A DNA stretch of 64,000 nt, taken from assembly GCA_016839055.1 (NCBI GenBank), contig JAEKNX010000001.1, positions 303,693-367,692 on the forward strand, written 5' to 3'. The DNA comes from Spirochaetales bacterium (GTDB taxonomy: Bacteria; Spirochaetota; Spirochaetia; UBA9216). Shown piece after piece: positions 47,035 to 56,943 of this stretch; the first letter of the stretch is position 1; each line of letters opens with the position of its first letter. Position numbers and translations under genes: made by a program. Below the pieces are notes generated by a model. That model saw nothing but the letters and a program-made list of their open reading frames with translations, ran no database searches and was not told the origin of the DNA.

Positions 47035-47397
47035 TCAGGCAAACGTGCTGACGACTGCTTCTTTAAAAGTCTCAATCTCGATGAAGAGCATTTTTTCCAT
47101 CTGGGCGCAGGAGAAGAAGTCGGCAATGGACGCGTACTTCTCATAATCGGCGAGAAGCGCTGCCGCCCTAGTACCTCCGGTTTCAATAATAAAATCTTTG
47201 AGCCGGCAAGCCTCGCTTGAGACGAGGAAGGCTTTTGTGCTTGTATGGGCATTATTGAAAACTGCATCTTTGAAACTATTATATCTGAGGTAGAAGTTTC
47301 CGAGAAAGGTGTCAACGAGGATGGAGTTCCCGCCGCGGTTCATGGCTAGTATCTTTTTAAAGCAGCTGTAATCCAGCACCGTTGTGTTTAGTTCCAT
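47035..47397 (-). CDS. Hypothetical small protein downstream of the gcv operon
   Basis: 120 aa, no recognisable motif. Co-directional, 63 nt after gcvPB. Confidence 0.35.
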   Translation of the reverse strand: MELNTTVLDYSCFKKILAMNRGGNSILVDTFLGNFYLRYNSFKDAVFNNAHTSTKAFLVSSEACRLKDFIIETGGTRAAALLADYEKYASIADFFSCAQMEKMLFIEIETFKEAVVSTFA

Positions 47398-47460
47398 ATT
47401 CTCTTTAAGGATAGGTTATGGCTTCCTCCAAATCAAGCTTTTTCAGCCAATTTGTTTAAT

Positions 47461-48927
47461 CTATAGCTGACTTTGAGATCCTACCCGGTATCTTAAATCG
47501 GGATTCTTTACGGCCGCCACCTCATCGGGCCTGCACACAGGTGTTGTAGCCGGAAAATTATGGAAAATTTTCGGTGAACTTTCCGCGAGATCAGCTAATT
47601 TTATCATCTCCTCAATGAAGTTATCGAGGGTTTCCTTTGATTCTGTCTCGGTAGGTTCGACCATGATAGCCTCCCTTACGTTAAGGGGAAAGTAGACTGT
47701 GGGCGGGTGTATGCCGCGGTCTATCAGCGCTTTGGCAAAATCCAGGGCTCTAACGCCTCCGTCGGCGAAGTTTTTTGCCGAGATGACGAACTCATGCAGG
47801 GTTCCGTCGGGAAAGGGAATGTTAAACCGCTCTCTGAGGCGGCTCTTTAGATAATTTGCGTTGAGTACCGCATTCTCACTCGCCTCTATGAGGCCGTCGC
47901 GTCCCATGTAGAGGATGTAGGCATAGGCGCGGAGCAGGATGCCGAAGTTGCCGTAGAAGGGCGATATGTAGCCTATGGAGGACGGTTTTTGGTATTCCAG
48001 GGCGTAGGTTCCGTCATCCCGCATTATTATTCTCGAGGTCGGGAGGAATTCGGCGAGTTCTTTAGTAACACCGACGGGGCCGGCGCCTGGGCCTCCTCCG
48101 CCGTGGGGTGTCGAGAAGGTCTTATGAAGGTTCAGGTGGACAATGTCGAAGCCGAGGTCTCCCGGCCTGGCCTTTCCGAGGATGGCATTCAGGTTTGCCC
48201 CGTCGTAATACATCAGAGCGCCAGATGAGTGCGCGAGCTCTGTTATCTCCTTTATATGAGGATTGAAGATGCCGAGGGTGTTCGGACAGGTAAGCATTAT
48301 GCCGGCGGTCTTCCCGTCGAGGGCCTTACGGTATTCCTCCATGTCCATGACGCCGTTTTTATCGGATTTTATAGTCTTAACCTTGTAGCCGGCAATGGCG
48401 GCACTCGCAGGGTTGGTTCCATGGCCTGAGTCCGGGATGATGATATACTCGCGTTTGTCGCCGCGGGACTTGTGCCAGGCGGCTATGAGCATTACGCCGG
48501 TGAGTTCTCCGTGAGCGCCTGCCATAGGCTGAGTAGTGAATGAATGCATCCCGGTAATCTCAGAGAGCTGTCTCTCGAGGTCGTAGATTACCTGCAGGGC
48601 TCCCTGCGTGAGTATTCCGCCTTTGACCAGCTGCGGCTGAAGAGGGTGTATAGATGCAAAGCTGTCGATGCAGGCTATCTTTTCGGTAAAGCGTGGATTG
48701 TACTTCATCGTGCAGGAACCGAGGGGGTAGAAGTTTGTGTCAATGCAGAAGTTAGTCCTGGACAGACAGGTGTAATGCCTTACAACCTCGGGTTCGGAGA
48801 TGTTCGGCAATCCAGTTGTTCCGGTTCTTAGGTATTGTTTCTCGAGAGCCGCGGCCTGTGGTACATCGCTGTGCGGCAGTTTTATTCCCCGTTTGTCTTC
48901 GCTGGATTTTTCAAATATCAGCTCCAT
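47461..48927 (-). CDS. gcvPB: Glycine dehydrogenase (decarboxylating) subunit 2
   Basis: 488 aa. PLP-binding region ...DIVHLNLHKTFSTPHGGGGPGAGPVG... typical of P-protein subunit 2. Overlaps the gcvPA stop by 10 nt. Confidence 0.9.
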   Translation of the reverse strand: MELIFEKSSEDKRGIKLPHSDVPQAAALEKQYLRTGTTGLPNISEPEVVRHYTCLSRTNFCIDTNFYPLGSCTMKYNPRFTEKIACIDSFASIHPLQPQLVKGGILTQGALQVIYDLERQLSEITGMHSFTTQPMAGAHGELTGVMLIAAWHKSRGDKREYIIIPDSGHGTNPASAAIAGYKVKTIKSDKNGVMDMEEYRKALDGKTAGIMLTCPNTLGIFNPHIKEITELAHSSGALMYYDGANLNAILGKARPGDLGFDIVHLNLHKTFSTPHGGGGPGAGPVGVTKELAEFLPTSRIIMRDDGTYALEYQKPSSIGYISPFYGNFGILLRAYAYILYMGRDGLIEASENAVLNANYLKSRLRERFNIPFPDGTLHEFVISAKNFADGGVRALDFAKALIDRGIHPPTVYFPLNVREAIMVEPTETESKETLDNFIEEMIKLADLAESSPKIFHNFPATTPVCRPDEVAAVKNPDLRYRVGSQSQL

Positions 48928-50258
48928 AATACATCCTCCAGCGCGTCGGTAAAACGTACAATCTCATGCTTGGTTCTTTTTTCGGTAACCGCTATTAGCA
49001 GGTAATTTTCCATGTTTTCGTAATACCTTCCAAGCGGAAAACCTGCTGCTATTCCGCGTTCTATCATCTTTCCGATAACTTCATTTGCGTTAACCGGCAG
49101 CTGTATTGTGAATTCATTGAAGGTCGGCGAGCTTCGCAGAACCTTAACCCCTTTAATCGCCGACAGGGAGTCTTTTGCGAACTCGGCCTTGTCGCGGCAG
49201 AGACTGGCAAGCTCTTTGAGCCCCTTGTCTCCGAGGAGGCTCATATAGAGCAGTGATCGGAGCGCGCAAAGCGACTGGTTAGAGCAGATGTTCGAGGTTG
49301 CCTTCTCTCGCCTTATATGCTGTTCCCTGGTCTGGAAGGTGAGAACATAGGCACGCCTGCCGTTCTTGTCGGTAGTGGCGCCGCAGATTCTGCCGGGCAT
49401 GTTCCTGAGAAACTCCTGTTTAGTGGCCATGAAGCCCAGGTAGGGACCGCCGAATGACAGGGGGATTCCCAGGCTCTGGCCTTCACCTGTTACGATATCG
49501 ACACCTATTTCTCCCGGCGGCTTCAGCATTCCGAGAGATATGGGATAGACACTGGAAATAACGAGGACCCCATTTTCATGGGCTTTTTTAACTATGTCTG
49601 AGTGATCATCCACTGTTCCGAAGAAGTTGGGATTCTGGAGAATTACCGCGGCGGTATCCTTGCCTAGGTGTTTGAAGAGCTCCCCTCGGTCACTCTGGCC
49701 GTGGCAGACAGGAACTTCGGTAAAATCAATGTCGAGATTATGAGTATAACTTCTAACCATCTTGCGGTAGATGGGGCTTACTCCGCCGTCCATCACTATG
49801 CGGTTCCGCTTTGTAATCCTGATGGCCATCATTGCAGCCTCATAGAGGGCCGTTCCGCCGTCATAGAGCGACGCGTTGGACGCGTCCATTCCGGTCAGGC
49901 TGCAGATGCAGCTCTGATATTCATAGATTGCCTGCAGGGTCCCCTGTGAAGCCTCGGGTTGATAGGGAGTGTAGGCGGTGAAAAACTCACCGCGGGAAGA
50001 GAGGCTGTCCACCGCTGCCGGAATATAGTGGTCGTAGAATCCGCCGCCTATAAAATAGGTCAGATTATTGACATTTTTGGCCCCCAGATTCCGAATTGCC
50101 TGCTCAACCTCAAACTCCGATTTCCCCTCAGGAAGATCGAAGGACTTAGCCCTCAGTTCCGGCGGGATTGAACTGAAAAGTTCATCAATCCTGCCGGAGC
50201 ATCCGACAGCCTTGAGCATTTCGTCTCTAGTATCATTTCCATTTGGAACATAACTCAT
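48918..50258 (-). CDS. gcvPA: Glycine dehydrogenase (decarboxylating) subunit 1
   Basis: About 446 aa from the internal Met (MSYVPNGNDTRDEMLKAVG), with P-protein subunit 1 motifs (FTAYTPYQPEASQG). Confidence 0.9.
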   Translation of the reverse strand: MSYVPNGNDTRDEMLKAVGCSGRIDELFSSIPPELRAKSFDLPEGKSEFEVEQAIRNLGAKNVNNLTYFIGGGFYDHYIPAAVDSLSSRGEFFTAYTPYQPEASQGTLQAIYEYQSCICSLTGMDASNASLYDGGTALYEAAMMAIRITKRNRIVMDGGVSPIYRKMVRSYTHNLDIDFTEVPVCHGQSDRGELFKHLGKDTAAVILQNPNFFGTVDDHSDIVKKAHENGVLVISSVYPISLGMLKPPGEIGVDIVTGEGQSLGIPLSFGGPYLGFMATKQEFLRNMPGRICGATTDKNGRRAYVLTFQTREQHIRREKATSNICSNQSLCALRSLLYMSLLGDKGLKELASLCRDKAEFAKDSLSAIKGVKVLRSSPTFNEFTIQLPVNANEVIGKMIERGIAAGFPLGRYYENMENYLLIAVTEKRTKHEIVRFTDALEDVLWS

Positions 50259-50344
50259 GAGTAAACCTCCGATTTCGAAAAAGAGCAACTCTGGATGTGA
50301 ATGCATTTTGTTCCAATAATTATTGCATTCATACAAAAATATCC

Positions 50345-50728
50345 TTAATCGAGACTGTCTATAAACTCCTGATATTCACCCGGGCTGAGAAGCGGTGTAA
50401 TCATTGCTCCGGTAATGCGAATCTTGAAGATCCAGCCGTCGGTGTAGGGCGATTCATTAATCAGTTCCGGTTCATCATCAAGGCGGGAATTTACTTCTAT
50501 TATTTCTCCTGCCGCCGGCGAATAGACTGAACTAACAGCCTTTACAGATTCAAGTGTTACCGGGCTGTCGCCGCCTGAGATGACCTGTCCGACTTCCGGC
50601 AGTTCCACAAAGGTGATATCGCCGAGTTCTTCCTGAGCATAGTCAGTTATTCCTATGATAACCATATTTTCGTCACTTACTTTTAACCATTCATGTTCCC
50701 TGGTATAGGATAATTCTTTCGGCAGCAT
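50345..50728 (-). CDS. gcvH: Glycine cleavage system H protein
   Basis: About 127 aa from the internal Met (MLPKELSYTREHEWLKV). Lipoyl-lysine motif LESVKAVSSVYSP. AAGGAG RBS in the 19-nt gap after gcvT. Confidence 0.9.
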   Translation of the reverse strand: MLPKELSYTREHEWLKVSDENMVIIGITDYAQEELGDITFVELPEVGQVISGGDSPVTLESVKAVSSVYSPAAGEIIEVNSRLDDEPELINESPYTDGWIFKIRITGAMITPLLSPGEYQEFIDSLD

Positions 50729-50747
50729 TTCACTCTCCTTTAGTCGT

Positions 50748-51833
50748 CTACCGTATAAAAGGCAGATCAATTATTACAGCATTTATTTTTGTATCATCTT
50801 TTCTGCATTCGATTATGGTACCGACGGCAGATATTGATTGATCAATCATGGCCAGTCCTATTCCCTTATTCAACATTGGTGAGAATACACCGCTGGTGAC
50901 GACTCCGGCAGGTTTATTATCTTTGTATATTGTAAAGCCTTCACGGGCCGTGCTCCGTCCCGCACAGAGGAAAGGAGTAAGAATCCGGGCGGGCTTATTT
51001 CTAATCTGTCTGATGAGGGCATCTTTTCCGATAAAATCTTTATTGAAATTAACAAAACGCTCGAGATTGGCCTCGATTGGGGTTATTTTATCAGTTATGT
51101 CATAACCGTAAAGTGGCAGCCCTTTCTCAAGTCTCAGTGAGTTCCGGGAACTAAGGCCGGCGGGCTTTACACTATCAACTTCAAGCAGAAGCTCCCAGAT
51201 TGTTACGGCCGATTCAGGCGGCATGAAAAACTCAAATCCCAATTCACCAGTGTAGCCCGTGGTACTTGCTGTCAACTTTATGCCCTCATATTCGAACTCA
51301 ATGAAGGCAAAGCGGTTCATCACAACGAACTCTATATCAGGGAAAACCGACGAAGCTGTTTTAAATGACAGGGGCCCCTGCAAATCGATCTTCGCCGTTT
51401 TATCGGAAATATTAGTAAATGAGGTTGAAGTGGAAAGATGGCTACAGATCCATTCAGCGTCATTAGTAATTCGTGAAGAGTTGACGACAATCATAAACCG
51501 GGTGCAGCTGTATTTAAAGATAATTAAATCATCTATAAAGAAGCCCTCGTCATTTAAAAGAAAACCGTACCGGCATCTTCCAGAACCAAGAGAGGCGAGT
51601 CCGCAGGAGAGAAGGTTTTCAAGATCTTTTTCAGCCTTTTTTCCTTCTATTATGAACTCACCCATGTGACAGATATCAAATATTGAGTTAGCAGATCTTG
51701 TGTGCAAGTGTTCTTTAAGGATGTTGCCGTACATTTCAGGCATTTCCCAGCCGGCGAAGGGCGCCAGCTTGGCATCTATTTTTTTATGGTTTTTATAAAG
51801 CGGAGTTCTATCGAGTTTTTTATTTACAGACAT
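50748..51833 (-). CDS. gcvT: Glycine cleavage system aminomethyltransferase (T protein)
   Basis: 361 aa. N-terminal LYKNHKKIDAKLAPFAGWEMPEMYG and the folate-binding fold motifs of GcvT. First gene of the gcvT-H-PA-PB operon. Confidence 0.9.
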   Translation of the reverse strand: MSVNKKLDRTPLYKNHKKIDAKLAPFAGWEMPEMYGNILKEHLHTRSANSIFDICHMGEFIIEGKKAEKDLENLLSCGLASLGSGRCRYGFLLNDEGFFIDDLIIFKYSCTRFMIVVNSSRITNDAEWICSHLSTSTSFTNISDKTAKIDLQGPLSFKTASSVFPDIEFVVMNRFAFIEFEYEGIKLTASTTGYTGELGFEFFMPPESAVTIWELLLEVDSVKPAGLSSRNSLRLEKGLPLYGYDITDKITPIEANLERFVNFNKDFIGKDALIRQIRNKPARILTPFLCAGRSTAREGFTIYKDNKPAGVVTSGVFSPMLNKGIGLAMIDQSISAVGTIIECRKDDTKINAVIIDLPFIR

Positions 51834-51874
51834 TCAGTACACCTTTTTTTTATAGTAAGATGAAAGCCTGGTTT

Positions 51875-51903
51875 ATTATATAATCAGATTCGTTAATTTA
51901 CAA
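51875..51903 (-). promoter_or_regulatory. Candidate sigma70-like promoter of the gcv operon
   Basis: On the minus strand: TTGTAA, a 17-nt spacer, then TATAAT, about 40 nt upstream of the gcvT ATG (AAGGTG RBS). Confidence 0.4.
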
Positions 51904-52044
51904 ACAGGAAATTATGAATTCAGCAATTCTCTATTTAACCTTCGGAAGCGGTTGGATAATTTTTAAAATGCCGGAATATTTTAAAAATCACCTCTCTATC
52001 TAGTAATTAGTAAACCCCAAACCCGCTTCCAGAATGTCAGTAGG

Positions 52045-52182
52045 TCTGAATTTGGCTGCATTTGTGTGCCGCCGCTGCGGGACCCAGTGCAGTGGTAAAT
52101 CGTCTCAGTCTTCTGAGCAGATTTATTGCTGTGCAGGGTGCAGCAAGGGCCTAACAGTTAATGAATTGCAGCCAAATTCAGA
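52045..52182. repeat. 138-bp element bounded by a perfect 16-bp inverted repeat (candidate MITE-like element or structured sRNA)
   Basis: TCTGAATTTGGCTGCA at 52045-52060 and its exact reverse complement TGCAGCCAAATTCAGA at 52167-52182 enclose 106 bp with internal hairpins (CTCAGtcttCTGAG, TTGCTG..CAGCAA). It lies in the divergent intergenic region between gcvT and tRNA-Asn and encodes no protein. Confidence 0.5.
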
Positions 52183-52390
52183 ATTGCTGTTTCTTTGAAT
52201 ATCTTGCTTATATAGGCATAGCCTTCCTTCCTTGCCCGTTTTACTCATTTACGTCTCTTGTTTTTTAATAAATATCCTGCTCTAATATTGTGAAAATTAA
52301 AAAAAGAGATAAGTGTATATTATGAGTTAATTGTTTATTCAGTAAGTGTTTAATAGGTGATGAAAAGATAAAAATCTTTTATAAAAACCG

Positions 52391-52419
52391 TTGACATAAA
52401 ACCTGATTTTGTTTATCTT
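52391..52419 (+). promoter_or_regulatory. Sigma70-like promoter of tRNA-Asn
   Basis: TTGACA (52391-52396), a 17-nt spacer, then TATCTT (52414-52419). The tRNA begins about 18 nt downstream. Confidence 0.45.
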
Positions 52420-52436
52420 AACCAAGCATTACGCAT

Positions 52437-52509
52437 TCCCCTGTAGCTCAGCTGGTAGAGCGGGTGACTGTTAATCACTAGGTCGGCAGTTCGAGTCTGT
52501 CCGGGGGAG
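52437..52509 (+). tRNA. tRNA-Asn (anticodon GUU)
   Basis: 73 nt. Acceptor stem UCCCCUG/CGGGGGA, D-arm GCUC-AGCUGGUA-GAGC, anticodon loop CU-GUU-AA, T-arm GGCAG-UUCGAGU-CUGUC, discriminator G. CCA is not encoded. Confidence 0.85.
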
Positions 52510-52514
52510 AATAG

Positions 52515-52552
52515 ATGGATTATCCGAAATGTCGGATAATCCATTTTTTTTG
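52515..52552 (+). terminator. Rho-independent terminator after tRNA-Asn
   Basis: Perfect 13-bp stem ATGGATTATCCGA / TCGGATAATCCAT with an AATG loop, followed by TTTTTTTT. Confidence 0.75.
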
Positions 52553-52855
52553 CGCCCATCGTTTTCATCTCGTAATTTGAATCATAGACTATGCAACTCC
52601 TCTGTTGATAATAACGCCTTCATGTGTATCGTTAAAGCCTTATTTATTAACCATGCAAACATCATAAGAGTTTTTGTCAGACCAATGTTTGTTTATTCTT
52701 GCGTCTATTCCGAGATATGAGCGGTCAGTATGTGTTGGTTCCTTTGAGAAGATTCTATGGCCTTTATTTGAAATAGTCTGAAATATTATTTTTGTTTTTC
52801 ATTCTGAATGATGATATCATGTGTATTCTGAATAAATATCAGACAAGGATAAAAA

Positions 52856-53983
52856 ATGAAACTAAAGGCTGCTTTGATTCTTGTATTTTTCTGCTTTGGA
52901 TTTTCCGTTTACTCCGACGATAATCATTATGATGTTTTTAACATAATTGAAAAATACAGCCCGCTTTTAAAGGAAGATAGCAACAACTGGACGACAGTCC
53001 ATTGCGTTGCTGCCGAAGGCTCGGCAGGCGAAATGGAAATATTACTGGAATCTGCTGACCTGATAGATGAGGTGGATGCTTTTGGAAACTCCCCGGTTAT
53101 GATTTCAGCCCTTTACGGCAATATTGGGGCCTTCCGTGTCCTTATTGAGAATGGCTGTAGGCTGGACATCCTGAACAGGCGCGGCGGAAGCTGCGCATCA
53201 TACCTTGGTTATTTTAATGATGAGGATATTGATGAAGCCCTCGCGTTGATTGACGAGTATTCTGATATCGACATCCCGACCTCAGGTGAGATGTCCTTGC
53301 TTCATTATGCTGTTCACGGGGGCAACTATGGGCTAACTGCAAAAATTCTCGGATATGGGGTTGATGTCAACCGGGAGGATAGTCGCGGCAGTATGCGGCC
53401 TGTTGATATGGCCCGGTTTATTTCATTTCAATATACCGATGTTGTTGATATTTCCGATGGTGATATAGAGCTGGAAAATATGCTCGTAGATCTTCTCCTT
53501 GATAATGGGTCTAGGAACAAATCTTTTATTCCGATGTCAATTGGTGCCTTCGGCAATTTCTTTTTTAATATTTATATAGCGATTGATTCTCTTCTCGATG
53601 ACGGTCCATCCATGGATGAAGTAAATAGGGGTGAATATTACACTTATAAAGAAGTGAATGGCTCGTTAAATCCTGTAATAGGAATAGAAGCTGTCGGTAA
53701 AATGTTTGAAGACGCCGGATTAAATGTGGAGCTGAAACTGCATAAGCAGAATTTCAAACAGATAATTGATGAATGCAATGATTCAGAAGATCTTTATCTG
53801 ATAATGGCCAACATGTCAGGACATCCATATATTAAAAATCACTGGGTCCTCATTACAACGAGATATCAAACCGGAAGTTACCAGGATTTCCTGAAAGTCT
53901 ATGAATCTTCATCTCTTTTTGCCCCGCTTTTTTACCGGGTAGATGATATCGGTATGATGATAAGCATCAAAGTAAACAATTGA
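52856..53983 (+). CDS. Secreted ankyrin-repeat protein
   Basis: 375 aa. Signal peptide MKLKAALILVFFCFGFSVYS. At least three ANK-like repeats (TTVHCVAAEGSAGEMEILLE..., GNSPVMISALYGNIGAFRVLIENGCRLD, MSLLHYAVHGGNYGLTAKILGYGVDVN). Confidence 0.7.
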   Translation: MKLKAALILVFFCFGFSVYSDDNHYDVFNIIEKYSPLLKEDSNNWTTVHCVAAEGSAGEMEILLESADLIDEVDAFGNSPVMISALYGNIGAFRVLIENGCRLDILNRRGGSCASYLGYFNDEDIDEALALIDEYSDIDIPTSGEMSLLHYAVHGGNYGLTAKILGYGVDVNREDSRGSMRPVDMARFISFQYTDVVDISDGDIELENMLVDLLLDNGSRNKSFIPMSIGAFGNFFFNIYIAIDSLLDDGPSMDEVNRGEYYTYKEVNGSLNPVIGIEAVGKMFEDAGLNVELKLHKQNFKQIIDECNDSEDLYLIMANMSGHPYIKNHWVLITTRYQTGSYQDFLKVYESSSLFAPLFYRVDDIGMMISIKVNN

Positions 53984-53993
53984 GGCGGCTATT

Positions 53994-55025
53994 TTGAAAA
54001 AGACAATAATAACGCTTTTTCTTTTAATATTAGTTTGCCCTCTGTTCAGCGATCCTTTCAGCCTGTTAAACAGCGGTGAATATGCAGCCTATCATGATAC
54101 AAGGGGTGAGCAGGATTTCTTCAGGGCTTACTGGGGCCATAATATAATTGATGTCGGAGCGGCATTTTTTATTAAAAATATTGATAACAAGACGGGCGAG
54201 AGTATAAACTACATGGTACAGCTGCGCAGGACAGAAGATAGAGGTCTTGAGATTGAACAGATTAAGGGGCTTAGCGAAGATGATCCTCCTTTGTTCAAAC
54301 AGTCAATTGTAGACCTCTTGAACTTTATAGACGTTTCGAGTTCCTACAGGACTGACGACGGCGAGAGGGATTTAAACCGGGAAACCTCGAAATATATTGA
54401 AATATATCATTTCGACTCTCATCTTCCTCTGTTCGGTTTCAACAGCATCAGGCTGAGCGGCAGAGCTGAAGAATATAAGCTGACTTCGGCCGGGATGTTT
54501 GACTTAAATGATATAAGTCCTTTTTTTGAATTAAGGCCTGAAGATGAACTTGACATTCCTGCAAGGAGGGGGCTTGGTATTCCTCAAAAGGAGAAGGTCG
54601 AGGCGTTCCTTTTCGATTACAGGCTTGATATAGATTCCAACTGGAGTGAGAATAATGAATCAGGTTATCCGGGATACTGGCTTTCATTATATAGTTTTCG
54701 TGATTCCCAGATTATGCTGGAAAAGGAAAAATGGAGCGATATAGAATCCGCCGGACTCTATAGCATCGACGACTTTATCAGGCAGACCGTCTATTTAACC
54801 GGAGACCGTATTTTTATGGATTCTATGATTTTGGATATAAATAATGGAATATATACGCTTTCTTATTACCTGAATGATTCTAATAACAGCAATAATTATG
54901 TTGAAAGAAAGATCTGGCTCGAGGATGACTATCTCTATATCCTTAATTTTTCGAGTTTTGCCGATATCTACAGGCAGAATCCAGACTACTTTGATGAGAT
55001 TAAAGCATCCTTCAGGAGGAAATAG
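53994..55025 (+). CDS. Secreted hypothetical protein
   Basis: 343 aa. Signal peptide MKKTIITLFLLILVCPLFS. No recognisable domain. Confidence 0.5.
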   Translation: MKKTIITLFLLILVCPLFSDPFSLLNSGEYAAYHDTRGEQDFFRAYWGHNIIDVGAAFFIKNIDNKTGESINYMVQLRRTEDRGLEIEQIKGLSEDDPPLFKQSIVDLLNFIDVSSSYRTDDGERDLNRETSKYIEIYHFDSHLPLFGFNSIRLSGRAEEYKLTSAGMFDLNDISPFFELRPEDELDIPARRGLGIPQKEKVEAFLFDYRLDIDSNWSENNESGYPGYWLSLYSFRDSQIMLEKEKWSDIESAGLYSIDDFIRQTVYLTGDRIFMDSMILDINNGIYTLSYYLNDSNNSNNYVERKIWLEDDYLYILNFSSFADIYRQNPDYFDEIKASFRRK

Positions 55026-55174
55026 ATGGCGAAGAAGCTGAATGTGAATTTCAATACTTTAAAATTACCGCAGCTTCTGATAGAAAGCTATCTGCTTTTC
55101 TATGTCGGTGCTGTATCAACGTCTGTACGGCAGAGGCTGTACAGATGAGATTCAAAATACGGGGATGAAAACTA

Positions 55175-56308
55175 ATGAATAAAAAGCTGATTATAGTAAT
55201 CTTGATGACTGTGTTCTTTGAATCAATACTTTTTGCCGATTACACGGTAGGAGAAGGCGGTGATTTTGGAACAATTGCCGAGGCGCTCAGCAATGCATCG
55301 ATCGATGAAAAACTTGTTCTGAATCTTATTGATCCTGTTTATACTGAATCGGGGCTGATTATAGAATCGGATGTTGAAATCAACGGGGCATCAGTAGATG
55401 GTACCGTCATTCAGGCTGCCGCACTTCCTGGCATTGCGGAGGACAGAGTCTTTCGAGTTACAGCCGGAGGGCAGGCTGTTTTCAGGGATTTAACAATAAG
55501 AAATGGAAAACCAACCGCAATTCCTCATCGGGGCGGAGGCATCGATAACGAGGGCTTTGTGAGGCTTGAGCGGTGTAACCTCTCAGGGAATGAAGCAGTC
55601 TACGGCGGCGGGATATTTACCCGTGGAAGGGTGGAGCTTGTGGATAGCAGCCTGAGTGGTAACTATACTACTGAGCTGCCCAATGAGCTGATTAATTCCG
55701 GTATCGGATGCAGGGGCAGCGGGGGAGCTATAAAGACTGAGAAGGGCGGAGAACTGATAATTGACGGATGTTCCATCTGGGATAATTACGCTTTCGGTAG
55801 GGGCGGCGGAGTCTTTGTCGCCTGTGAAAGTGCTGCATATATTACTAATACTACAATTGCATCGAATGACTGCAGGCGCAGGGGAGGCGGAATTTACAAT
55901 AATGGCGACCTCTTCCTGAATCATGTGACTATTGCAAATAACTCATCGGTGAAGCGCGGAAGCGGTCTCTGTTCAAGGGGAAGAGCCTCTATGAAGGGGA
56001 CTTTGATAGCAGGAAGCAGTTTTCAGGATTTTTATATTGCCAAAGGGGGCGGTATTTACGGAGAAGGTTTTCTTGAAGTGAACGAGGGCAATTTTGTAGC
56101 CGACGGCAGCCTCGATGGCGCGGCATCAGGAGATCCGAAACTCAAAGCCCTGAAAACTGTAGGCGGCAATCCGCCCTTCATGCCTATCGGAATCTTCAGC
56201 CCGGCAAGGGACGGGCTAATGGCGGAGGACACCCCAGAGAAGGATCAGAGGGGCCGCCTCCGTGGCAGACAGCCTGATATTGGAGCTTACGAGTACGGTT
56301 TGTTTTGA
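55175..56308 (+). CDS. Secreted right-handed parallel beta-helix protein with Pmp-like (polymorphic membrane protein) GGGI/FxxN repeats
   Basis: 377 aa. Signal peptide MNKKLIIVILMTVFFESILFA. Repeated GGGI(D/F/Y)N.G / RGGGVFV / GGAIKT motifs spaced about 20-25 aa apart and many Asn, typical of Pmp/pectate-lyase-like beta-helices. Confidence 0.6.
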   Translation: MNKKLIIVILMTVFFESILFADYTVGEGGDFGTIAEALSNASIDEKLVLNLIDPVYTESGLIIESDVEINGASVDGTVIQAAALPGIAEDRVFRVTAGGQAVFRDLTIRNGKPTAIPHRGGGIDNEGFVRLERCNLSGNEAVYGGGIFTRGRVELVDSSLSGNYTTELPNELINSGIGCRGSGGAIKTEKGGELIIDGCSIWDNYAFGRGGGVFVACESAAYITNTTIASNDCRRRGGGIYNNGDLFLNHVTIANNSSVKRGSGLCSRGRASMKGTLIAGSSFQDFYIAKGGGIYGEGFLEVNEGNFVADGSLDGAASGDPKLKALKTVGGNPPFMPIGIFSPARDGLMAEDTPEKDQRGRLRGRQPDIGAYEYGLF

Positions 56309-56328
56309 TAATAAACGGGGTGGTATAG

Positions 56329-56892
56329 ATGTTTTATTTTGATGACGAGAAAAATGTCAGTGAATATACAGCAATGGCCGAAGGCTTTGATGGAAAGGAT
56401 CTTATTTTAAAACTAGAGAAATATCTTACTCCTGGAGCCTCGGTTCTTGAACTTGGAATGGGGCCGGGAACAGATCTCGATATTCTTCAGGAAAAATACA
56501 AGGCTACCGGCTCTGATCTTTCAGAAGTATTTCTGAAGAATTATAACAGAATTAAACCGGACATTCCGCTGTTAAAACTTGATGCCGTAACTATAGATAC
56601 AGAATTGCGCTTCGACTGTATCTATTCCAACAAGGTTCTCCATCATCTTTTCAGAGAGCAGCTCGAATTATCATTGAAACGGCAGTTTGATGTTGTTCAT
56701 TCAGGAGGATTTATTCTCCATTCTTTCTGGCTTGGAGAGGGAAGTGAGGATTTCGACGGCCTGTTCTTCCAGTATTATTCACTCAACGAACTCAAGGAAG
56801 TCGCCGGTAAATATTTTAAGGTAATTGATTCATGGATCTATGCTGAAATGGAACCGCAGGACTCGGCGGCCTTAATTTTAAAGCGAGTGTGA
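56329..56892 (+). CDS. Class I SAM-dependent methyltransferase
   Basis: 187 aa. Motif I VLELGMGPGTDL and the post-I acidic residue. Small-molecule MTase fold. Confidence 0.7.
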   Translation: MFYFDDEKNVSEYTAMAEGFDGKDLILKLEKYLTPGASVLELGMGPGTDLDILQEKYKATGSDLSEVFLKNYNRIKPDIPLLKLDAVTIDTELRFDCIYSNKVLHHLFREQLELSLKRQFDVVHSGGFILHSFWLGEGSEDFDGLFFQYYSLNELKEVAGKYFKVIDSWIYAEMEPQDSAALILKRV

Positions 56893-56943
56893 TGCCCTCT
56901 GAAAGTTATTGTCCCTATTAGAGTATAGTGATATTCTCACCTC

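Noticed and set aside
51834-52436. Glycine riboswitch upstream of gcvT.
   Set aside because: The best promoter (TTGTAA-17-TATAAT) is only about 40 nt upstream of the gcvT ATG. The minus-strand leader lacks the GGAGAG / CCGAAGGGGCAA-type aptamer cores. The large palindromic element is upstream of the promoter.
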